64,000 nt of DNA from Patescibacteria group bacterium (lineage in GTDB: Bacteria > Patescibacteriota > Patescibacteriia > Buchananbacterales > UBA6539). Positions 10,075 through 21,198 of this stretch are shown here, piece by piece. The notes under the pieces were generated by a model, which saw only the letters and a program-made list of their open reading frames with translations, was not told the DNA's origin and did no database searches. The translations under genes and the position numbers were made by a program. Each line of letters begins with the position of its first letter. Within the stretch, counting starts at the first letter, position 1. Location of the stretch: assembly GCA_028688055.1 (NCBI GenBank), contig JAQTYZ010000002.1, positions 132,256-196,255 of the forward strand. The letters are read 5' to 3'.

Positions 10075-11523
10075 ATGGATAACAATAGTAATCATAAAAT
10101 GAAATTGAAGATCTCGGGTCTGCATTGCGCTAGTTGCGAGGTTTTGGTTGAACGTCAGTTCAAAACCGTGGCGGGCGTTGAAAAAGTTTATGTCAGTCAG
10201 GCCGCGGGCAAAGCGGTAGTCTATTATTCCGACCGTCCGGCTGTTGATGAATTGCAAGCCTCAATTAAAGCGGCTGGCTATGCCATTACGGCTTTAAACG
10301 GGCAGTCACTGGCGGCGACCGACCCTATCAGTAATGATAGTGAAAAAAATTATTTTCAAGTCGGGGCGATCTTTTTGATCGTTGCTGGCATTTACTTGTT
10401 GGCCAAAAAATTTAATTTATTGCCCGCCGGTTTTGGCGTGGCCGAAGGGATGAGCTATGGTTTTGTTTTTTTGATTGGCCTGGTGGCCTCAGTTTCAACT
10501 TGTATGGCGGTAACGGGCGGATTACTGTTAGCATCGGCGGCTAAGTACAGCGAGTTGCATCCCGATTTGTCGGCGGGGCAAAAAATTAAGCCGTTATTAT
10601 ATTTTAACGGCGGCCGCTTAGCTGGCTACACTTTTTTTGGCGGTTTGGTCGGCGGCCTTGGTGGCTTAATTACTTTCTCGCCCCGCGTTAATGGAATTAT
10701 TACCATTTTGGCCAGCTTAGCGATGGTGTTTTTAGGTTTGCAATTACTCCATTTATTCCCCGGTTTGCGACGGCTTCAAGTTAAACCGCCCAAGTTTATC
10801 AGTCATAAAATTCACGATCTGAGTGACAGTAATTCAAAGGTGGCCCCGGCGATTTTAGGGGCGCTTACTTTCTTTTTGCCTTGCGGTTTTACGCAGGCTT
10901 TACAGCTTTATGTTTTGGCTCATGGTGGCATTGTCAGTGGCGCGTTAACGATGTTTTTTTTCGCGCTGGGGACGATCCCGGCTTTGATTTCGGTTAGTGC
11001 GTTATCAAGTGTGTTGCGCGGTAAGCCATTATCATTGTTGCTAAAATTTGCTGGGGTGATTGCGGTGATGTTGGGAATATTCAATATTCAAAACGGCTTG
11101 GTTTTAGCGGGGGCGAGCTGGCCAAGTTTTAAGGCGCGAACCGTTGTTCAAACACCAACCAGCGTCGATCCTAATGTGCAGATTGTTAATGGTTGGCAAA
11201 TCATCAAAATGAAAGTTGACGGCGTCAACTATCTGCCATCACATTTCACGGTCCAAAAAGGCATTCCGGTTTCTTGGCAAATTGATGGTACCCAGGCCGC
11301 TGGTTGTATGAGTTCTCTCATTGCGCCGCAGTTAGGCATCCGCGATTATTTGCCGCGGACCGGTATTAAAACCATTGCCTTTACCCCGACCACCGCTGGA
11401 ACTTTCAAGTTTAATTGTCCAATGGGTATGGGTACGCCGGGCGCCGCCATCACGGTTATTGACGCGCCCACTCAAGGCGGTTCAAGCAGTTGTGATCCCG
11501 CCGTGGCTAATTGTCTAAATTAA
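10075..11523 (+). CDS. HMA + DsbD_2/TauE-like membrane + cupredoxin domain protein
   Basis: GLHCASC, STCMAVTGG, LPCGFTQ, C-terminal FNCPMGM. Confidence 0.88.
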   Translation: MDNNSNHKMKLKISGLHCASCEVLVERQFKTVAGVEKVYVSQAAGKAVVYYSDRPAVDELQASIKAAGYAITALNGQSLAATDPISNDSEKNYFQVGAIFLIVAGIYLLAKKFNLLPAGFGVAEGMSYGFVFLIGLVASVSTCMAVTGGLLLASAAKYSELHPDLSAGQKIKPLLYFNGGRLAGYTFFGGLVGGLGGLITFSPRVNGIITILASLAMVFLGLQLLHLFPGLRRLQVKPPKFISHKIHDLSDSNSKVAPAILGALTFFLPCGFTQALQLYVLAHGGIVSGALTMFFFALGTIPALISVSALSSVLRGKPLSLLLKFAGVIAVMLGIFNIQNGLVLAGASWPSFKARTVVQTPTSVDPNVQIVNGWQIIKMKVDGVNYLPSHFTVQKGIPVSWQIDGTQAAGCMSSLIAPQLGIRDYLPRTGIKTIAFTPTTAGTFKFNCPMGMGTPGAAITVIDAPTQGGSSSCDPAVANCLN

Positions 11524-11559
11524 CGATTAGGATTACTCTAACAGAACAGAATAAAAAAT

Positions 11560-13806
11560 ATGTCTATCAAAAAAACGGTTGATATTCGGGGGATGCATTG
11601 TGCCAGTTGCGCCCTGAATATTGAACACCAATTAAAAAAAATTACTGGCGTCACCAATGCCGTGGTTAATTATGCCAGCGAAAAAGCGACAGTTGAGTCG
11701 GATGCCGATATCGCCGATGACGCCATTAACAAGGCGGTGTCGTCGGCTGGTGATTATGAGGTGATTGAAAAAATGCCAGATCATAGTGGTCACAAAATGT
11801 CGGATATGTCTGGTCACGATCATGTGGCGATGCTGAAAGCGGCGGACCTTAAAATTTTGCGTCACAATGTGGTCGCCGGTACCATCGCCTCGGTGGCAAT
11901 TATGTTGTTAATGTTGGAACGCTTTATCCCGATCCTGATGTCGCTGGGCCAGCCGGTGATGTTTGCGCTTCAACTAATTATTGCTACCCCCATTCAATTT
12001 TGGCTGGGCCGGCAATTTTATCGTGGTGCCCAGTCGGGCTTGAAACGTTGGTCAGCGAATATGGATACTTTAGTCGCAGTCGGCACCACGGCCGCTTACG
12101 GTTATTCGGTCATTGCCACGTTATTCCCAAGTTTTTTTGCGTCCGCCGGTTTGGAAGTTAATGTTTATTATGACGCCGCGGTGGTCATTCTAACCTTGAT
12201 AATTTTTGGTAAGTACTTGGAGGCAACGGCTAAAGGTAAGGCGTCGGAAGCCATTAAAAAATTAGCCGGTCTGGCTGCTAAGACGGCGCATGTCATTAAA
12301 GCTGGTCAGGAAGTTGAAACACCAATTGACCAAGTTGTGGTCAGCGATATTATTGTCGTCCGTCCGGGCGAAAAGATTCCCGTTGATGGGGTGATTGTCG
12401 ATGGTGAGTCGGCGATTGATGAGTCGATGATCTCGGGTGAAAGTTTGCCCGTTGATAAAAAACCTGGTGACGCGGTTATTGGCGCGACGATCAATAAGTC
12501 TGGAATGTTTAAGTTGCGGGCGACCAAAATCGGTGCCGATACCGCCTTGGCCCACATCATTAAAATGGTGGAAGATGCTCAAGGATCAAAAGCACCAATT
12601 CAGAAATTAGCCGATATTATCTCCGGTTATTTTGTGCCGATTGTTATTGTTATTAGTATGGTCACGCTCGCAGTTTGGTTGGTCGTCGGCCAACCGTTTG
12701 CCTTAGCCTTCTTTGCCTTTGTGGCGGTACTCATCGTGGCTTGTCCGTGCGCCTTAGGTTTGGCCACGCCAACCGCCATTATTGTCGGTACTGGTCGTGG
12801 CGCTGAGCATGGGATTTTAATTCGTGACGCCGAAAGTCTTGAACGAACCGGTGAAGCGACCGCGATTATTTTGGATAAAACCGGTACCATTACCGAGGGC
12901 GCACCAAAGGTAACTGACGTTGTTACGGATAATGCCAATGATTTTTTGCATTTCGTCGGCTCAGCGGAAATTGGATCCGAGCATCCTTTGGGGCAAGCCA
13001 TTGTCGCTTACGCCAAAGAAAAAAATGTTGCGTTAGTTGAACCGAAGAATTTTTCTGTCATTTCCGGCTTTGGACTTAAGGCAATTGTTGATGGCAAAAC
13101 CGTTGCCGTTGGCAAGCGAGCATTTTTGCACGATTTGAAAATTGATGTCAATCAATATGATCAAAGGGCAAAAGATTTGGCGGCTCAAGCTAAAACCGTT
13201 ATTTATGCCGCTGTTGATGATAAAATTATTGGCGTTCTTGCCCTGGCCGATACGCTTAAGGCTGGGTCAGTCCAGGCCATTGCTGAATTAAAGGCTATGG
13301 GGTTGAAAGTAATAATGATTACTGGCGATAACATTCAAACCGCCAATGCCATTGCCAGCCAGGTTGGCATTACTGAGGTAAGGGCCGAAGTTTTACCGCA
13401 ATACAAATCACGAGCAGTCACTGAATTACAGCGGCAAGGTCAGAAAGTAATTATGGTTGGTGATGGTATTAACGATGCGCCGGCGCTGGCGGCGGCCGAT
13501 ATTGGTATGGCAATTGGTTCCGGGACCGACGTGGCGATGGAAGCGGCGGATATTACTTTGGTGTCAGGCGACTTGCGTAAAATAGTTTCGGCGATAAAAT
13601 TGAGCCGTAAAACAATGTCGACGATCAAATGGAATTTGTTTTGGGCGTTCGGGTATAACATTTTAGGTATCCCAGTGGCGGCCGGCGTGCTTTATCCGTT
13701 TTTTGGCATTTTGTTGCACCCGATTTTAGCGTCGGCGATGATGGCGTTTAGTTCAGTGTTTGTAGTGACCAATTCACTCCGTCTTAAAAAAACCAAGATT
13801 AACTAA
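11560..13806 (+). CDS. copA: Copper-translocating P1B-type ATPase
   Basis: GMHCASC, CPC, DKTGT, HP, GDGIND, YN and MAFSS motifs. Confidence 0.95.
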   Translation: MSIKKTVDIRGMHCASCALNIEHQLKKITGVTNAVVNYASEKATVESDADIADDAINKAVSSAGDYEVIEKMPDHSGHKMSDMSGHDHVAMLKAADLKILRHNVVAGTIASVAIMLLMLERFIPILMSLGQPVMFALQLIIATPIQFWLGRQFYRGAQSGLKRWSANMDTLVAVGTTAAYGYSVIATLFPSFFASAGLEVNVYYDAAVVILTLIIFGKYLEATAKGKASEAIKKLAGLAAKTAHVIKAGQEVETPIDQVVVSDIIVVRPGEKIPVDGVIVDGESAIDESMISGESLPVDKKPGDAVIGATINKSGMFKLRATKIGADTALAHIIKMVEDAQGSKAPIQKLADIISGYFVPIVIVISMVTLAVWLVVGQPFALAFFAFVAVLIVACPCALGLATPTAIIVGTGRGAEHGILIRDAESLERTGEATAIILDKTGTITEGAPKVTDVVTDNANDFLHFVGSAEIGSEHPLGQAIVAYAKEKNVALVEPKNFSVISGFGLKAIVDGKTVAVGKRAFLHDLKIDVNQYDQRAKDLAAQAKTVIYAAVDDKIIGVLALADTLKAGSVQAIAELKAMGLKVIMITGDNIQTANAIASQVGITEVRAEVLPQYKSRAVTELQRQGQKVIMVGDGINDAPALAAADIGMAIGSGTDVAMEAADITLVSGDLRKIVSAIKLSRKTMSTIKWNLFWAFGYNILGIPVAAGVLYPFFGILLHPILASAMMAFSSVFVVTNSLRLKKTKIN

Positions 13807-14083
13807 TATTACAATCAATCCGCTAATTATAATTATGGCGCTAGTTATTGGTGGGCGATATTTCCGGTGGTTACAATGATTTTGGTTTGGGCTTTACTAA
13901 TTTTGGGTCTGGTTGCTTTGGTAAAATTTTTGAAGCCTAAAAAATAATTTATCTTTAATAAAAAACGCCGTTGTTACCAGCGGTGTTTTTTAGTTTAAGT
14001 TAATTAACCAGCCCGAGTCGGGGAGTCGCCTCAAGCCCCGTGGCAACTTGGCAATTTTCAATCATTAATGCTAAAATAAAAAC

Positions 14084-14143
14084 GGTACAATGAGGTGCCA
14101 CCATTGCGACAACGACGTCTAAAAGATTTTAGGCGCTTTTTTT
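14084..14143 (+). promoter_or_regulatory. ANTAR-type dual hexaloop overlapping an intrinsic terminator (amtB leader)
   Basis: GGTAC-AATGAG-GTGCC and GAC-AACGAC-GTC (A1/G4 loops); terminator CGTCTAAA..TTTAGGCG plus T-run. Confidence 0.7.
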
Positions 14144-14162
14144 ATTATTTAAAAATAAAACT

Positions 14163-15374
14163 ATGGTTACTTTAGATACCGGCAACACCGCTTTTATGTT
14201 AATTGCCACCAGTCTCGTGATGTTAATGACTCCCGGCTTGGCCTTTTTTTACGGCGGCTTGGTCGGACGAAAAAATGTCTTGGCGATTATGATTCAAAGT
14301 TTTTTGTCGATGGGCTGGACGACGATGATCTGGTTTTTGGTTGGTTATTCGCTGACCTTCAGCGGCGATTGGTATGGTATCATTGGTAATCTTGACGCGG
14401 CCTTGCTCCGCGGTCTTGATGTTACGACGCTGCACCCCAACGGTTTTCCGTTGCTGGTGTTTGTTGCTTATCAGATGATGTTTGCCATTATTACGCCCGC
14501 TTTAATTACCGGTGCGTTTGCTAATCGAGTTTCGTTCAAAGCTTATTTATTTTTCTTAACCACTTGGTTAATATTTGTTTATTTCCCCATTGCTCATATG
14601 GCTTGGGGACCAAACGGTTTATTTCAGCAAATTGGTGCCCTTGATTTTGCCGGTGGCACCGTGGTTCATGCTACCGCCGGATTTGCCGCCTTGGCGTCGG
14701 TCTTATTTGTTGGCAAGCGAAAATTCAACGGTGAAGGTTCGCACAGTGTTCCGTTAGTAGCTTTGGGTACGGGGCTGTTATGGTTTGGTTGGTATGGTTT
14801 TAATGCCGGCAGCGAATTGGCCGCCGACGGTGTCACGGCGCTCGCTTTTTTAAACACTGATATTGCCGCTTCGATGGCAGCCGTGACTTGGCTGATGATT
14901 ACTTGGGTGCTTGAGAAAAAACCGAAGTTTGTTGGTTTATTAACCGGTGCGGTGGCCGGACTTGTTGCCATTACCCCAGCGGCTGGCTTTGTTACGCCCG
15001 GCAGTGCGTTTATTATTGGGATAGTTTCGGCTTTTGCTTGTTACGCCGCGGTGGCTTTAAAGAATCGGTGGCAGCTGGATGACGCGCTGGATGTTTGGGG
15101 TGTCCACGGTGTTGGTGGCGTTGTTGGTTGTTTGATGTTGGGCTTGCTAGCGACCACCACGGTTAACGCCGCGGGAGCTGATGGTTGGTTTTATGGTAAC
15201 CCGATGTTTTTTGTTAAAGAAGCGGCGGTCGTCTTGGGCGTTGTTATTTATGTCTTTATCTTTTCTTATTTAATGTTGTGGTTGATAAATAAAATCACGC
15301 CGGTTCGGATCACGTCGGCGGATGAGGAATTGGGTTTAGATGAGTCACTACACGGCGAAGTTGCCTACGAATAA
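14163..15374 (+). CDS. amtB: Ammonium transporter
   Basis: MTPGLAFFYGG, DFAGGTVVH, WFGWYGFNAGS, DDALDVWGVHG. Confidence 0.97.
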   Translation: MVTLDTGNTAFMLIATSLVMLMTPGLAFFYGGLVGRKNVLAIMIQSFLSMGWTTMIWFLVGYSLTFSGDWYGIIGNLDAALLRGLDVTTLHPNGFPLLVFVAYQMMFAIITPALITGAFANRVSFKAYLFFLTTWLIFVYFPIAHMAWGPNGLFQQIGALDFAGGTVVHATAGFAALASVLFVGKRKFNGEGSHSVPLVALGTGLLWFGWYGFNAGSELAADGVTALAFLNTDIAASMAAVTWLMITWVLEKKPKFVGLLTGAVAGLVAITPAAGFVTPGSAFIIGIVSAFACYAAVALKNRWQLDDALDVWGVHGVGGVVGCLMLGLLATTTVNAAGADGWFYGNPMFFVKEAAVVLGVVIYVFIFSYLMLWLINKITPVRITSADEELGLDESLHGEVAYE

Positions 15375-15533
15375 AATTACGTCAGTCAAAACAGCTCGTA
15401 TTCGCGCGGGCTGTTTTATTTTATTAATTTATTGGTAACACTAAAAATTCGTTAATAGTTTTCATAAAGTTATTCGTATATAAAAAAAGACCCGCGGTTC
15501 TCGTTTGAATCAAGTCCAATTTCGAGCGCGGGG

Positions 15534-15779
15534 CTAGGTGGCCGGTTCGGCCAACAGGTTTTCCAGGGCCGTGAGGAGGTCGCTGACATTTTTACTGCGG
15601 TCGGCGGCCTCGTCGCCAATGGTGTTGCTTGGGTCGGCGGCCTCGAGCCCAAATGATTTGAGGACGTTTGAGACTCCTGGATGTACCTTCAGGGCAGAAG
15701 CAATTGTCATCCCCGGATCAAATCTTCTTACCACTCTATGTGTGGCGGTTTTGGGGCTTTCTGTTTCCAAGGTGGTCAC
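15534..15779 (-). CDS. DUF1858-like small protein, Cys-less paralog
   Basis: MTIASALKVHP..VLKSFGL; 3' end nearly identical to the next gene. Confidence 0.7.
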   Translation of the reverse strand: MTTLETESPKTATHRVVRRFDPGMTIASALKVHPGVSNVLKSFGLEAADPSNTIGDEAADRSKNVSDLLTALENLLAEPAT

Positions 15780-15955
15780 CCTCCTTAATATTCCTACTGA
15801 CGGTTAACGGTAAAAATACTTTATCATACTTTATCTTAGTTTTAGTTTAGCGTCAACGTGTTATATCTGTTTTAGTTGTTTGTTGGTAAACCCCGTCGTT
15901 AAAAAAAAGACCCCACGGGTACTGACCTTGATTAAGTCCAAAGTCAAGCGCGGGG

Positions 15956-16177
15956 CTAGGTGGCCGTTTCGGCCAACAGGTCTTCCAGGGCTTTGAGAAA
16001 ATCGTCGAGATTGACTCCTGCTTGGGTGCAAATGTGTTCCAAAGTGTCGGATTGCGCCGACGGGCAAGTAGTGCAGTAGCCGAGATGAAACCGTTCAAAG
16101 ACATCGTGTGCCTTGGAATGAGCATCCAGGGCATCAGCAACGCTCATCTGTGAATAGAAGCGCTTTTCGGCCGACAT
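15956..16177 (-). CDS. DUF1858 / redox-disulfide-domain protein
   Basis: MSVADAL..VFERFHLGYCTTCPSAQSDTLE; AAGGAGG RBS. Confidence 0.85.
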   Translation of the reverse strand: MSAEKRFYSQMSVADALDAHSKAHDVFERFHLGYCTTCPSAQSDTLEHICTQAGVNLDDFLKALEDLLAETAT

Positions 16178-16433
16178 AGCTTACTTCCTCCTTAGTTTAG
16201 ACCAGCCATTATTGGTTAAAATACTTTATCGTAGTTTTAGCTTGGTGTCAACTGTAGCGTTGCAGATAAAAATATTTGTATCTGCGTATTTGTAAAATTA
16301 TTAGCATGTTGTCATATACAAAAATAAAAAAAGACCCCGCACCATTTTTCCGAATGAATTAGATCCGGGGGTTTAGGTGCGGGGGCTAAGCAAAGGTCAA
16401 TTTGTTAAATCTAGCCTAGCGGCTGGTCCACGA

Positions 16434-17408
16434 TTAGGCGAGTTTCAGGGATTCGAGAAAATGCTCGCGGGTGAAGACGGAAAGATCGCAGGTCGTCGGG
16501 TTGATCGCTTGGTTGGCCAAGGAAAATAACACGGGCAGGGAAGTCATCTCGCCGGGGAGAAGTTTAACGTTAGGCCCGATGTCTTCCATCTCGACCATGG
16601 CCGGCCCCGGGTTGTCAACTTGTGCCGACGGGCCAACGTACATCGCGGCGTTGCACCCGGGGATGGGGTAGGACAAGTTGTGATTGTAAGGCGGCGCGGC
16701 CTTGAATAGCGTCATGTCCTTATTCGGTATGATCATGGCTTGTCCACCAAAGGGGGAAGTCCAGGCGCGTTTGGCCTCTAGACCGGAAGGCAGGAGAAGG
16801 TGCAACCACTGTCCGTCAGAGATGACCTGACTGAATTGCCCGTCGCCGTCGTCACTGGTCGTGTGGCCACCACCCCATTTGGGGAAGTGGACGACCGTGA
16901 AGGAATCCCAAGCGTCATCGCCGCTATTCAGGCGACTGGTGTAGACCGCATCCGTTGACACGGGGTCGGTGCAGGTGATCGGCCAGATTCCGCCGGATAT
17001 AAGCATATCCCCGGCATTCTTAACGAAGCTAACCACATCGACCATACTGTCCGCCAAAGGCCGAATAATGAACCCTTTGACGAGTTGCATCTCGTCGGGC
17101 GGTGCCGTGAAGACGAAGCTGCCGTCCTCGAATTCGCCGACCTTAATGGGGCCAGTGTCGGGCGTGTAAGCCCCGTGATGCTCATCGGCACCTTCCAGTG
17201 CCCACCAGACCCGAAGGCCACCCCTCAACTGCCACAGCCCGCGCCTGAACTTGCCTTCCGGATCAAGGTAGAGCAAGTTCGTGTTTATGTCTGGACCAAG
17301 ATGGGCGATCCGCAGAAACGTCGTGAATATCACCAACTCGATCCCGGCCAGACTCAGGTGGACTGCTGATTGACCTTGAAACTGGATATCTCTTCTTGTG
17401 AACCTCAT
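16434..17408 (-). CDS. Hypothetical protein, possibly galactose-mutarotase-like
   Basis: NLLY..GGLRVW, MVEMEDIGP; downstream of a sugar isomerase gene. Confidence 0.65.
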   Translation of the reverse strand: MRFTRRDIQFQGQSAVHLSLAGIELVIFTTFLRIAHLGPDINTNLLYLDPEGKFRRGLWQLRGGLRVWWALEGADEHHGAYTPDTGPIKVGEFEDGSFVFTAPPDEMQLVKGFIIRPLADSMVDVVSFVKNAGDMLISGGIWPITCTDPVSTDAVYTSRLNSGDDAWDSFTVVHFPKWGGGHTTSDDGDGQFSQVISDGQWLHLLLPSGLEAKRAWTSPFGGQAMIIPNKDMTLFKAAPPYNHNLSYPIPGCNAAMYVGPSAQVDNPGPAMVEMEDIGPNVKLLPGEMTSLPVLFSLANQAINPTTCDLSVFTREHFLESLKLA

Positions 17409-17448
17409 CTTTTTCTTTGCTCCTGTTGTTGTACTTCTTTCGGTTTCG

Positions 17449-18879
17449 TTAGTCTTCTTCGGGTCGTTCGTGGCGGTAGGTTGTCATGCCGAAATAGTTC
17501 TCGAAAGCCTCGGTGATGGCGTCGGCATGGTTGCCAAAACCGATAGCCACATGGTGTGGGAATCCGTTGCGACAAGCGATCCGTACAAGTTTGTCGAGCT
17601 TTGGCACGGCAATGATGCCAAAGCCGCCAAAGGTGGTGATTTGGTCTTCGGTGGTAACACCTTGCGCGGTGTACGCCATACATTGGCCGTCCGCGTCGTT
17701 GGTCGTCATCCGGCAGAGTGTGACATTTTGATTCGGCGCGAACGCGCCTTCAATGGTACCGTAGGTACTTTCTTTTCCGACGGTGCCAGCGATGATCGCT
17801 TGATAGCCCATCATGGGTTTGACCAGGAACGATCTGGCGATATTGCTACAGTGGAAGGCAACGAAGGTTCCCTTACGCGGGCCGTTGTTGTTCCAGTCCA
17901 CCAGTGCCGCCGGATTTCCCGATGCAAGTTGTAGAGCGCGCATACTGACGGCTCCGCAGACATCGACTTCGCAAGCCGCACAGAACAGCGAATCGCTGAG
18001 CATACTCATGATCGCGCAGGGGACCACGCCGTAGTGTTGCTGCAAAGCAGTCCAACACTGGATTGCCAGGGCATCGATTTCGTTTTCTTCGCGGAAGCGG
18101 TTGATAACGACGGCCAGTTTGGCCATCTTCAGCAATGCATCCAGAGGGATATGCGAGGTTTCAACATAAGCCTTGATGGCTTCAACCTGGGCTTTGACCG
18201 TTTCGTCGTCGTCGGCGAGTGCGTTGGCTTGGCCGATGACTTCGGACAAATCGAGCGTGATGACCTGGATGCCAAGGACTTGGGCCAACAAGGTCTCGCT
18301 ATACCGCATGGTGCGGAAAGCGTCGGGTCGCGTGCCAATGGCACCGATGCGACAGCCACGCAATCCCTGGACCACCCGGCAGGTCGCCGCGAATTGATCG
18401 ACCTCGGCTTTGAATTCGTCGCTGGCCGGGTCGAGCGTGTGCGATTGGGTCAGGCTGAAGGGAATACCGAGCTGGGTCAGGTTGTTGCAGACACTGAATT
18501 TGCCGCAGAACGAATCGCGGCGTGTTGCGATTGTCATCGCGGCGCAGTCATCGGCAAAGGCGTGCACCAAAATCGGTACATTGAGCCCGGCCATTTGTAG
18601 GGCTTCGGCGACCGCTTTTTCATCGCCGAAGTTAGGCAGTGTGACGATCACGCCGTCGATTACGTCACCGTGCTTCCGGAAAAGCTCCGCGCACTGTTTC
18701 GCATCTCGATGGCTTTCTATCGCCCCACCGAATTGAGTGTCGTTCTCGGCGAGGACGACGACGTCATAGCCAAGGCCTTTGAGGTTCTCGACCATTTGTC
18801 GTCGGCCATTGACCGCCAGTTCACTTGGGAAAAACCCCCGCGTGCCGACAATCAGTCCAAATGTGGTTCTTCGTTGCAT
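17449..18879 (-). CDS. L-fucose/L-arabinose isomerase family protein
   Basis: NFGDE, RRDSFCGK, QCW, ACEVD, FHCSN, FPHHVA; start moved to ATG 18879 (AGAGG RBS). Confidence 0.88.
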   Translation of the reverse strand: MQRRTTFGLIVGTRGFFPSELAVNGRRQMVENLKGLGYDVVVLAENDTQFGGAIESHRDAKQCAELFRKHGDVIDGVIVTLPNFGDEKAVAEALQMAGLNVPILVHAFADDCAAMTIATRRDSFCGKFSVCNNLTQLGIPFSLTQSHTLDPASDEFKAEVDQFAATCRVVQGLRGCRIGAIGTRPDAFRTMRYSETLLAQVLGIQVITLDLSEVIGQANALADDDETVKAQVEAIKAYVETSHIPLDALLKMAKLAVVINRFREENEIDALAIQCWTALQQHYGVVPCAIMSMLSDSLFCAACEVDVCGAVSMRALQLASGNPAALVDWNNNGPRKGTFVAFHCSNIARSFLVKPMMGYQAIIAGTVGKESTYGTIEGAFAPNQNVTLCRMTTNDADGQCMAYTAQGVTTEDQITTFGGFGIIAVPKLDKLVRIACRNGFPHHVAIGFGNHADAITEAFENYFGMTTYRHERPEED

Positions 18880-19205
18880 CCTGATTTCCTCTCTTTCTAC
18901 AATCACTTCGCTGTGGTTTAACTGCACAAATTGTCAAACAACATCCTCCAAAATCAACTGCAACTTACTTAAAAATGGCTTAATTGTCAAGGATAATTCT
19001 CTTTACTAGAACAGCCCTTGTTCTCAAAATTAGAGAATTAAATACCCTTGACAATTTCACATTTTCCCTTAGAATGTGCATATTCATGATATTGTCTTAT
19101 TTTTTCTTTAAAATTATTGGAAAAATATGTACAAAAATGTCAAAAAATATTATAATGAAGGGGTTTTACTGATATTTTTTAGACATCAACGATAACAGAT
19201 AATAT

Positions 19206-19475
19206 ATGAATGATCGACAGTGGCAACCAATTGTTGCCTTTGGCTTGACTCTGTCGGGCTGGCTGGCCGCACCCTTAATTGCCGCTCTGTTTATCGGCCG
19301 TTATCTTGATAACCATTGGTCGATTGAGCCCTGGGGCACTCTCGCCGCTGTTGGTATCGCCTTTATCATTTCTAATGTGGGAATGGTCATTGAAGCTAAA
19401 CACTTGTTTAAACAAATAAATCAAACTAGTCAGAAATTATCGAAACCAGAAAACCATGACAATCGAAACGAATAA
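19206..19475 (+). CDS. AtpZ/AtpI (ATPase gene 1) protein
   Basis: Two TM helices, GRYLD..PWG; first gene of the atp operon. Confidence 0.85.
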   Translation: MNDRQWQPIVAFGLTLSGWLAAPLIAALFIGRYLDNHWSIEPWGTLAAVGIAFIISNVGMVIEAKHLFKQINQTSQKLSKPENHDNRNE

Positions 19476-20364
19476 CCAAATTCAAAATACAGCACAACCA
19501 GACGCGGCTACTTTAGCCGGCGAAACGGTAACTGATAGTGAGACAACTAGTAGTGTTCATCAGCCGACTCTTTTTGCTGAGCCGGTTTTCAATATTGGCA
19601 GTTTTACGGTTACTAATTCCTTGCTAAGTTCCTGGATTGTTTTGAGTGTCATTTTATTGATTGCGGTAGCTATCAGATTGTCATTGAAAAAGGTGCCGCG
19701 GGGGATTCAAAACTATTTTGAGGTGGTTGTTGATGGGGCGCTTAATTTGGCTGATTCGGTGACTGGCTCACGCGCCAAGAGTATGAAATTTTTTCCCATC
19801 GTTTTTCCACTTTTTTTATTTATTCTTTTAAATAACTGGTTGGGAATTTTGCCGGGCGTCGGTTCGATTGGTTTTAACACCATTGAAGAGGGTCATCAGA
19901 TTTTTATTCCATTTTTACGCGGTGGCACCGCTGACCTCAACACCACCTTGGCGTTAGCAATTGTGGTCGTCATTGCCACGCACGTCGCCAGTATTGCTAT
20001 GACCAGCACTTGGCAGTATCTTAATCGTTTCATCGGTATTGATTTATTTTTAGAATTACCAAAAAAGATTTTTAAGCATCGCGAATTTACAGCAGTTTTG
20101 GTTAATCCGATTAAATTTTTAGTCGGCTTAATCGAAATTGTCGGCGAATTCGCCAAAGTCGCTTCATTGTCATTTCGATTATTCGGTAACATTTTTGCCG
20201 GCGAGGTTTTGCTCGGCGCGATGGCGATGATTTTTGCTTATATTCTGCCAGTGCCGTTTATTTTTTTGGAAATTATTGTTGGACTGGTTCAAGCGATGAT
20301 TTTTTCAATTTTAACTTTGGCGTTCCTCACGGTGATGACCATCGATCACGGTGAGGCACACTAA
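19456..20364 (+). CDS. atpB: ATP synthase subunit a
   Basis: TADLN, SLSFRLFGNIFAGE, QA. Confidence 0.97.
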   Translation: MTIETNNQIQNTAQPDAATLAGETVTDSETTSSVHQPTLFAEPVFNIGSFTVTNSLLSSWIVLSVILLIAVAIRLSLKKVPRGIQNYFEVVVDGALNLADSVTGSRAKSMKFFPIVFPLFLFILLNNWLGILPGVGSIGFNTIEEGHQIFIPFLRGGTADLNTTLALAIVVVIATHVASIAMTSTWQYLNRFIGIDLFLELPKKIFKHREFTAVLVNPIKFLVGLIEIVGEFAKVASLSFRLFGNIFAGEVLLGAMAMIFAYILPVPFIFLEIIVGLVQAMIFSILTLAFLTVMTIDHGEAH

Positions 20365-20384
20365 ATTAATAATTAACTAATTAA

Positions 20385-20612
<228 letters not shown>

Positions 20613-20686
20613 TTTTTTTATCGGCACTGCGTCGTTTTCACGGGGGAGCGCCGATGGCTAAAACTATTTATTACTGAACTTAAGTT

Positions 20687-21196
20687 ATGGAATCAATTAT
20701 TACAACTTTTCATATCGATTGGCGTTTGTTAATTGCCCAAGCCGTCAATTTTGGTTTAGTGGTCGGGGTGTTGTGGTGGTTTGCGGTTAAACCATTGACC
20801 AAGTTAATGGCTGAACGCAGCGCCACGATTGAAAAAAGTTTGCACGACGCCGAAGAAATTACCAAAAAACTTCAAGTTGCTGAGGAGGAAAAGCGACAGC
20901 TTATTAATCATGCCCGAGTGCAGTCTCAGGAAATTATCGCTCAAGGCCAGGCGCGCTCGGCGGAAGCCACCGCGCTGGCGGTTAACCGTGCCAAAGAACA
21001 GGTCAAAAAAATTATTGAAGAATCAAAACGGGAAATTGCCAATGAGCAAAAGAAAATGATGGTCGAAGCCAAATCGGAAATTGTTGAGGTTGTGACCGCG
21101 GCGGTTAACGCCGTTTTAGCCACCGCCGTTGATAAAAAAGTTGATGCCAAGCTGGTTGAGGAAACAGTGTCAGCGCTTAATCAGACTACTAAATAA
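20687..21196 (+). CDS. atpF: ATP synthase subunit b
   Basis: N-terminal TM helix plus coiled coil. Confidence 0.95.
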   Translation: MESIITTFHIDWRLLIAQAVNFGLVVGVLWWFAVKPLTKLMAERSATIEKSLHDAEEITKKLQVAEEEKRQLINHARVQSQEIIAQGQARSAEATALAVNRAKEQVKKIIEESKREIANEQKKMMVEAKSEIVEVVTAAVNAVLATAVDKKVDAKLVEETVSALNQTTK

Positions 21197-21198
21197 CG

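Noticed and set aside
17398-18921. Several long plus-strand ORFs opposite the isomerase gene
   Set aside because: Shadow ORFs of a GC-rich minus-strand gene, with no recognisable motifs or RBS.
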